Below are positions 60,079-64,000 of a stretch of 64,000 bases of DNA, piece by piece. The stretch's first letter is position 1; the number at the start of each line of letters is the position of its first letter. Source of the stretch: Spirochaetia bacterium (GTDB taxonomy: Bacteria > Spirochaetota > Spirochaetia > SZUA-6 > Bin103); NCBI GenBank assembly GCA_965203515.1, contig OZ241907.1, forward strand, positions 3,936,001-4,000,000, in the 5' to 3' direction. Both the position numbers and the translations under genes were made by a program. The notes beneath the pieces were generated by a model. That model saw nothing but the letters and a program-made list of their open reading frames with translations, searched no databases and was not told the origin of the DNA.

Positions 60079-61233
60079 ATGACGATCGAGATACACGGGG
60101 AGTCCCGACCGCTCACGGAGATCAAGGTCCTGGGGGTAGGAGGGGGCGGCAGCAACGCGGTCAACCGCATGATCGCCTCCGGGCTGCGCAACGTGCGCTT
60201 CCTGGCGGTGAACACCGACCTGCAGGCGCTGGAGCTGAGCCGGGCGGAGATCAAGGTGCCGATCGGGTCGCGCCTTACCCAGGGGCTGGGAGCCGGGGGC
60301 GATCCGGAGGTCGGCGAGAAGGCGGCGTTGGAGGATCAGCAACGGCTCGAAGAGGTGGTTCGCGACGCCAACATGGTCTTCATCACCGCCGGCATGGGGG
60401 GAGGCACCGGCACCGGAGCGGCGCCGGTGATCGCGCGCACGGCTCGGGAGGCGGAGATTCTCACGGTCGCCGTGGTGACCAAGCCGTTCGCCTTCGAAGG
60501 CAAGCAGAAGATGAAGCTGGCCGAGTCCGGGATCGAGCGGCTGCGCCAGGAGGTCGACACGCTCATCATCATCCCCAATGAGCAGTTGCTGCAAGTGGTG
60601 GAGAAGAACACGCCGGTCAAGGAAGCCTTCTATCTCGCCGACGACGTGCTGCGCCAGGGGGTGCAGGGCATCTCCGACCTGATCACCGAGCCGGGCGTGA
60701 TCAACATCGATTTCGCCGACGTGCGCACGGTCATGAAGGAGAAGGGCGATGCGCTGATGGGGGTCGGCGTCGGTACGGGCGAAAACCGCGCCGTGGACGC
60801 CGCGACCGCCGCCATCAACAATCCTCTGCTGGAACGCGAACGGATCGAGGGGGCGCAGGCGATCCTGATCAACGTGACCGGTGCCGGCGACCTGGGGCTG
60901 ACCGAGTTCCACGAGGTGTGCGAGCTCATCACCACCGCTTCCCAGGACGCGATGGTGATATCGGGAATGTCGGAAAATACCGACCTCAACGACGAGCTGC
61001 GCGTCACGGTGGTCGCCACCGGCTTCAACAGCAAGCCCCCTTCCGTCGAGCCGGAGCCGCAGGAGGAGGAGAGTGCCGACGGCAACGTCGAAGTGATCCC
61101 CTATGAGGAGTGGATGGCGCTGAACGGAAGAGGGGGGCGCGGCCCGGGATTCCAACGTCCGGGCGCTGACGAAGATCTCGACGTCCCGGCGGTGGTCCGC
61201 GAACGGCAGCGCTCCGCGCAGAGCAAGTCCTGA
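60079..61233 (+). CDS. ftsZ: Cell division protein FtsZ
   Basis: [27 protein letters not shown] and C-terminal DLDVPA. AGGAGG SD. Confidence 0.98.
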   Translation: MTIEIHGESRPLTEIKVLGVGGGGSNAVNRMIASGLRNVRFLAVNTDLQALELSRAEIKVPIGSRLTQGLGAGGDPEVGEKAALEDQQRLEEVVRDANMVFITAGMGGGTGTGAAPVIARTAREAEILTVAVVTKPFAFEGKQKMKLAESGIERLRQEVDTLIIIPNEQLLQVVEKNTPVKEAFYLADDVLRQGVQGISDLITEPGVINIDFADVRTVMKEKGDALMGVGVGTGENRAVDAATAAINNPLLERERIEGAQAILINVTGAGDLGLTEFHEVCELITTASQDAMVISGMSENTDLNDELRVTVVATGFNSKPPSVEPEPQEEESADGNVEVIPYEEWMALNGRGGRGPGFQRPGADEDLDVPAVVRERQRSAQSKS

Positions 61234-62108
61234 GCGATCTCGACGCCGAGTTCGGCATCCACCTCCGCGCGGAGCTGGCGCTGGCGGCGACCAGCGTCGC
61301 CACCTACCGGCAGGAGTGCCGCTCCTTCGAACGCTTCTGCGTCGAACGGGGCGTCTCCGTCGCGTCCGCCCGTACGGCCGACATCATCGACTACCTGATC
61401 GAGCGGCAGCGGGACGGAATCGACGCGCGCACCGCCGCCAAGTCGGTGAGCGCGCTGCGCGCCCTGTATCGCTTCCTGCAGGCCGAAGGCAGGGCGGCCG
61501 CCAACCCGGCCGCGCTGGTCGAGCCGCCGCGCCCGACCCGGCGGCTGCCGGACGTCCTCACCGCCTCCGACGTGGACCGGATGCTGGATGCGGTCGACCT
61601 GAGCACTCCGTCCGGGCTGCGCGACCGGGCGCTGTTCGAGATGCTCTATTCCTGCGGTCTGCGGGTCAGCGAAGCGGTGGCGTTGCAGGTGACCTCGCTC
61701 CATCCGGAGCAGCAGTTGATGACCGTTGCCGGCAAGGGCGGGCGGCAGCGTCTGATGCCGCTGATGGGCGCGGCGCTCGACTGGGTGCAGCGCTACCTTC
61801 GCGACGGCCGGCCGGCGCTGGCGCGGAACCCCGCAGAGGCGGCGCTCTTCCTCAACCGCTCCGGCCGCCGGCTGACGCGCGCGGGAATGTGGAAGCGGTT
61901 CCAGGACGCCGCCGCGCGCGCCGGAATCGCCGGCAAGCTGCACGCGCTTCGTCACTCGTTCGCCACTCACCTGCTCGGCGGCGGCGCCGATCTGCGGTCG
62001 GTGCAGGAGTTGCTCGGCCACGCCGACATCTCCACCACCCAGATATACACCCACCTCGACACCGCCGACCTGCGCGACGCCCACCGGCGCCATCATCCGC
62101 GAGATTGA
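61230..62108 (+). CDS. xerD: Tyrosine recombinase XerD-like
   Basis: [34 protein letters not shown] and [13 protein letters not shown]. The N-terminal domain is in frame back to CTG 61230. Confidence 0.88.
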   Translation: MSDLDAEFGIHLRAELALAATSVATYRQECRSFERFCVERGVSVASARTADIIDYLIERQRDGIDARTAAKSVSALRALYRFLQAEGRAAANPAALVEPPRPTRRLPDVLTASDVDRMLDAVDLSTPSGLRDRALFEMLYSCGLRVSEAVALQVTSLHPEQQLMTVAGKGGRQRLMPLMGAALDWVQRYLRDGRPALARNPAEAALFLNRSGRRLTRAGMWKRFQDAAARAGIAGKLHALRHSFATHLLGGGADLRSVQELLGHADISTTQIYTHLDTADLRDAHRRHHPRD

Positions 62109-62177
62109 CCGCGGCATCTCGGCGTCCGTAAAGCGGCGCGGATTTCCCGCCGTTGGTAGGATCGGAGGATCGTACCG

Positions 62178-63197
62178 ATGGAGATGGAGGGGGAAGCCGC
62201 CGGCGCCGGCGGAGGCCGCGGGGAGTTCCGGGATATCCTCACCGCGGCGCTGGCGATCGATCGCATCGACTGCTTGACCGCGGCGGAGAAGCTGCGGCTG
62301 CTCGACCGCACCGCGGACACGGCGGCGGTGGCGCGGCTCACTCCGCGCGCGGTGCAGGCGGTATCGTCACGGCGCCTGCGCGCCGTTCCGCGGGAGCCGG
62401 GCCGGCTCCTGGAGGCGGCGATGCGGGAGCGCTCGCGCTTGACGCAACTCGGCGGAGGCTGCATTTTGTACGGTAGCGGGCGCTATCCGCCGTTGCTGAC
62501 GGCGATCCACGATCCGCCGTTTCTGCTGTACTACCGTGGCTACCACCCTGAGCTCCTTTCGTCCGCCGATCATCTGTCGGTCGTCGGCACCCGCCGACCG
62601 TCGGGCGCCGGGCGGCGCGCGGCGTTCGAGGTGGGATTCCACGCGGCGCGGCGGGGAGCGACCGTAGTGTCCGGGTTGGCGCGCGGCGTCGACGCGGAGG
62701 CGCACCGCGGGTGCCTGGCCGCTGACGGGCGCACGGTGGCGGTTCTGGGAACCGGGGTGGACACGATCTACCCAAGATCGAGCGAGTCGCTGGCGCGCGC
62801 GCTGATCGCCGGTGGCGGCGTGCTGCTGTCCGAGTACCGCTTGGGGACGCAGCCGCGCCGGTATCACTTCCCCAGCCGCAACCGGATCATCAGCGGCTTG
62901 GCGACCACGCTGATCGTCATCCAGGCGCCGGCCGGGTCGGGAGCGCTCATCACGGTCGATCACGCCCTCGATCAGGGCCGCGACGTGCTGGTGCATCCCG
63001 CCGGGCTGGGTGACGCGGTCTGTTCCGCCGGCAGCGCGGCCCTGGCGGCCGACGGCGCTCCGATCCTCGCTCCCGACGCCCCGGCATCGGCGCCGCGGTC
63101 CGGCGTCTCCGGCGCGGCGATGGGGCGCCGGCTGTCGCGGTCGCTGCGCTCCGAGCTGGCCGGCGTCTCGGCGCGCTATGGAGGCCCCGATGGTTGA
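62178..63197 (+). CDS. dprA: DNA-processing protein DprA
   Basis: YPPLL..IHDPP, VVGTR, SGLARGVD, FPSRNRIISGL and SGALIT motifs. Confidence 0.93.
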   Translation: MEMEGEAAGAGGGRGEFRDILTAALAIDRIDCLTAAEKLRLLDRTADTAAVARLTPRAVQAVSSRRLRAVPREPGRLLEAAMRERSRLTQLGGGCILYGSGRYPPLLTAIHDPPFLLYYRGYHPELLSSADHLSVVGTRRPSGAGRRAAFEVGFHAARRGATVVSGLARGVDAEAHRGCLAADGRTVAVLGTGVDTIYPRSSESLARALIAGGGVLLSEYRLGTQPRRYHFPSRNRIISGLATTLIVIQAPAGSGALITVDHALDQGRDVLVHPAGLGDAVCSAGSAALAADGAPILAPDAPASAPRSGVSGAAMGRRLSRSLRSELAGVSARYGGPDG

Positions 63198-64000
63198 CAC
63201 CTTCGTCGCCTACTTGCGCGCGGTGCGTCACAGCTCGCCCGCTACGGTGGGCGCGTACCGGCGTGAGGTGGAGCGGTTCCTGCAGTCGGCGGGCACCGAG
63301 GATCCGAGCTCGGTCGACGCCGCCGCGGTACGGCGCTACGTCGCGTCGCTGGTGCACGACGGCCTGGAGCCGCGGTCGGTGAATCGGGCCGTGAGCGCGG
63401 TCCGCGCGTTCTATCGGTTCCTGCGGCGCTACGATGCCGACGTGCCGGATCCGACCGCCGGTCTGCGCGGGCTGCGCGCCGATTCCCGGCTGCCGATCTT
63501 CCTGTTCGAGGATGAGGCGGCCGCCGTGGTGGAGGCGCCGGCCGACAGTCTGGTGGCGGAGCGCGATGCGGCGCTGCTGGAGTTCCTGTACGCGACCGGC
63601 TGCCGGGTCGCCGAGGTCGCGGCGCTCCGGCTCGACGACCTCCGGCTCGAAGCCCGTACCGCCCGGGTCACCGGCAAGGGCGGCAAGCAGCGGATGGTCT
63701 ATCTGAACGAGTCGGCGGCCGGCTCGCTGCAGGCGTATCTGCGCCGCCGGTTCGCGGGGCTGCCCAAGTCCCGGTCCGAGCCGGCGGTCTTCCTCAACCG
63801 GCGCGGCGGCGCCTTGAGCGATCGCGGCATGCGCGCGGTGGTGACCCGCTACCGCCGGCATGCCGGCAAACCGGTCTCCCCGCACACCTTCCGGCACAGC
63901 TTCGCGACTCACCTGCTCAACGGCGGGGCCGACATCCGCACGGTGCAGGAGCTGCTCGGCCATGCCAGCCTGTCGACGACCCAGGTCTACACGCATACCA
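63190..64000 (+). CDS. xerC: Tyrosine recombinase XerC-like, partial (runs off the window end)
   Basis: [58 protein letters not shown] and LLGHASLSTTQVYTH. Confidence 0.88.
   Translation, partial: MVDTFVAYLRAVRHSSPATVGAYRREVERFLQSAGTEDPSSVDAAAVRRYVASLVHDGLEPRSVNRAVSAVRAFYRFLRRYDADVPDPTAGLRGLRADSRLPIFLFEDEAAAVVEAPADSLVAERDAALLEFLYATGCRVAEVAALRLDDLRLEARTARVTGKGGKQRMVYLNESAAGSLQAYLRRRFAGLPKSRSEPAVFLNRRGGALSDRGMRAVVTRYRRHAGKPVSPHTFRHSFATHLLNGGADIRTVQELLGHASLSTTQVYTHT

Noticed and set aside
61230..64000. The two tyrosine recombinases as phage or ICE integrases
   Set aside because: They have XerC/XerD size and motifs, a housekeeping context and host-like codon usage.

Overview
A very GC-rich bacterial chromosomal window, most likely from a Spirochaetota member. 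This is an inference from gene order (mraZ-rsmH-ftsL-murF-ftsW-ftsQ-ftsA-ftsZ-xerD-dprA-xerC, groEL without adjacent groES, RHH-pcm-DegT-nadK-recN, yajC-secD-secF). Most of the window is housekeeping or metabolic: ptsP, hpf, two 2-hydroxyacid dehydrogenases, an aldolase, an Opp/Dpp ABC transporter, murD, cysS, an ECF sigma/anti-sigma pair, a 2-oxoacid dehydrogenase E1a/E1b/E2 operon, birA, groEL, tRNA-Cys and tRNA-Ile. Two accessory regions stand out. (1) 2.6-10.5 kb holds a frameshifted HNH endonuclease gene with a near-consensus, apparently leaderless promoter. Its linker carries an array of 14-bp palindromes (CTTCG-N4-CGAAG), and a remnant of a second copy plus an hsdS-like fragment lie upstream. 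After it comes a two-component/ABC-permease block in which two unrelated passenger genes share a 40-bp upstream motif. (2) 16.6-18.3 kb holds a compositionally distinct two-gene cassette: a small YHGYP-motif toxin-like ORF translationally coupled to an ImmA/IrrE-like protein lacking HEXXH, a candidate undescribed toxin-antitoxin or defence module. Window-wide patterns are TANNNT boxes 6-9 nt before start codons, apparent CTG starts for murD and xerD, micro tandem repeats at gene ends, and several apparent pseudo-enzymes. No CRISPR array, rRNA or transposase was seen. All family calls rest on motif recognition by eye, with no database search.
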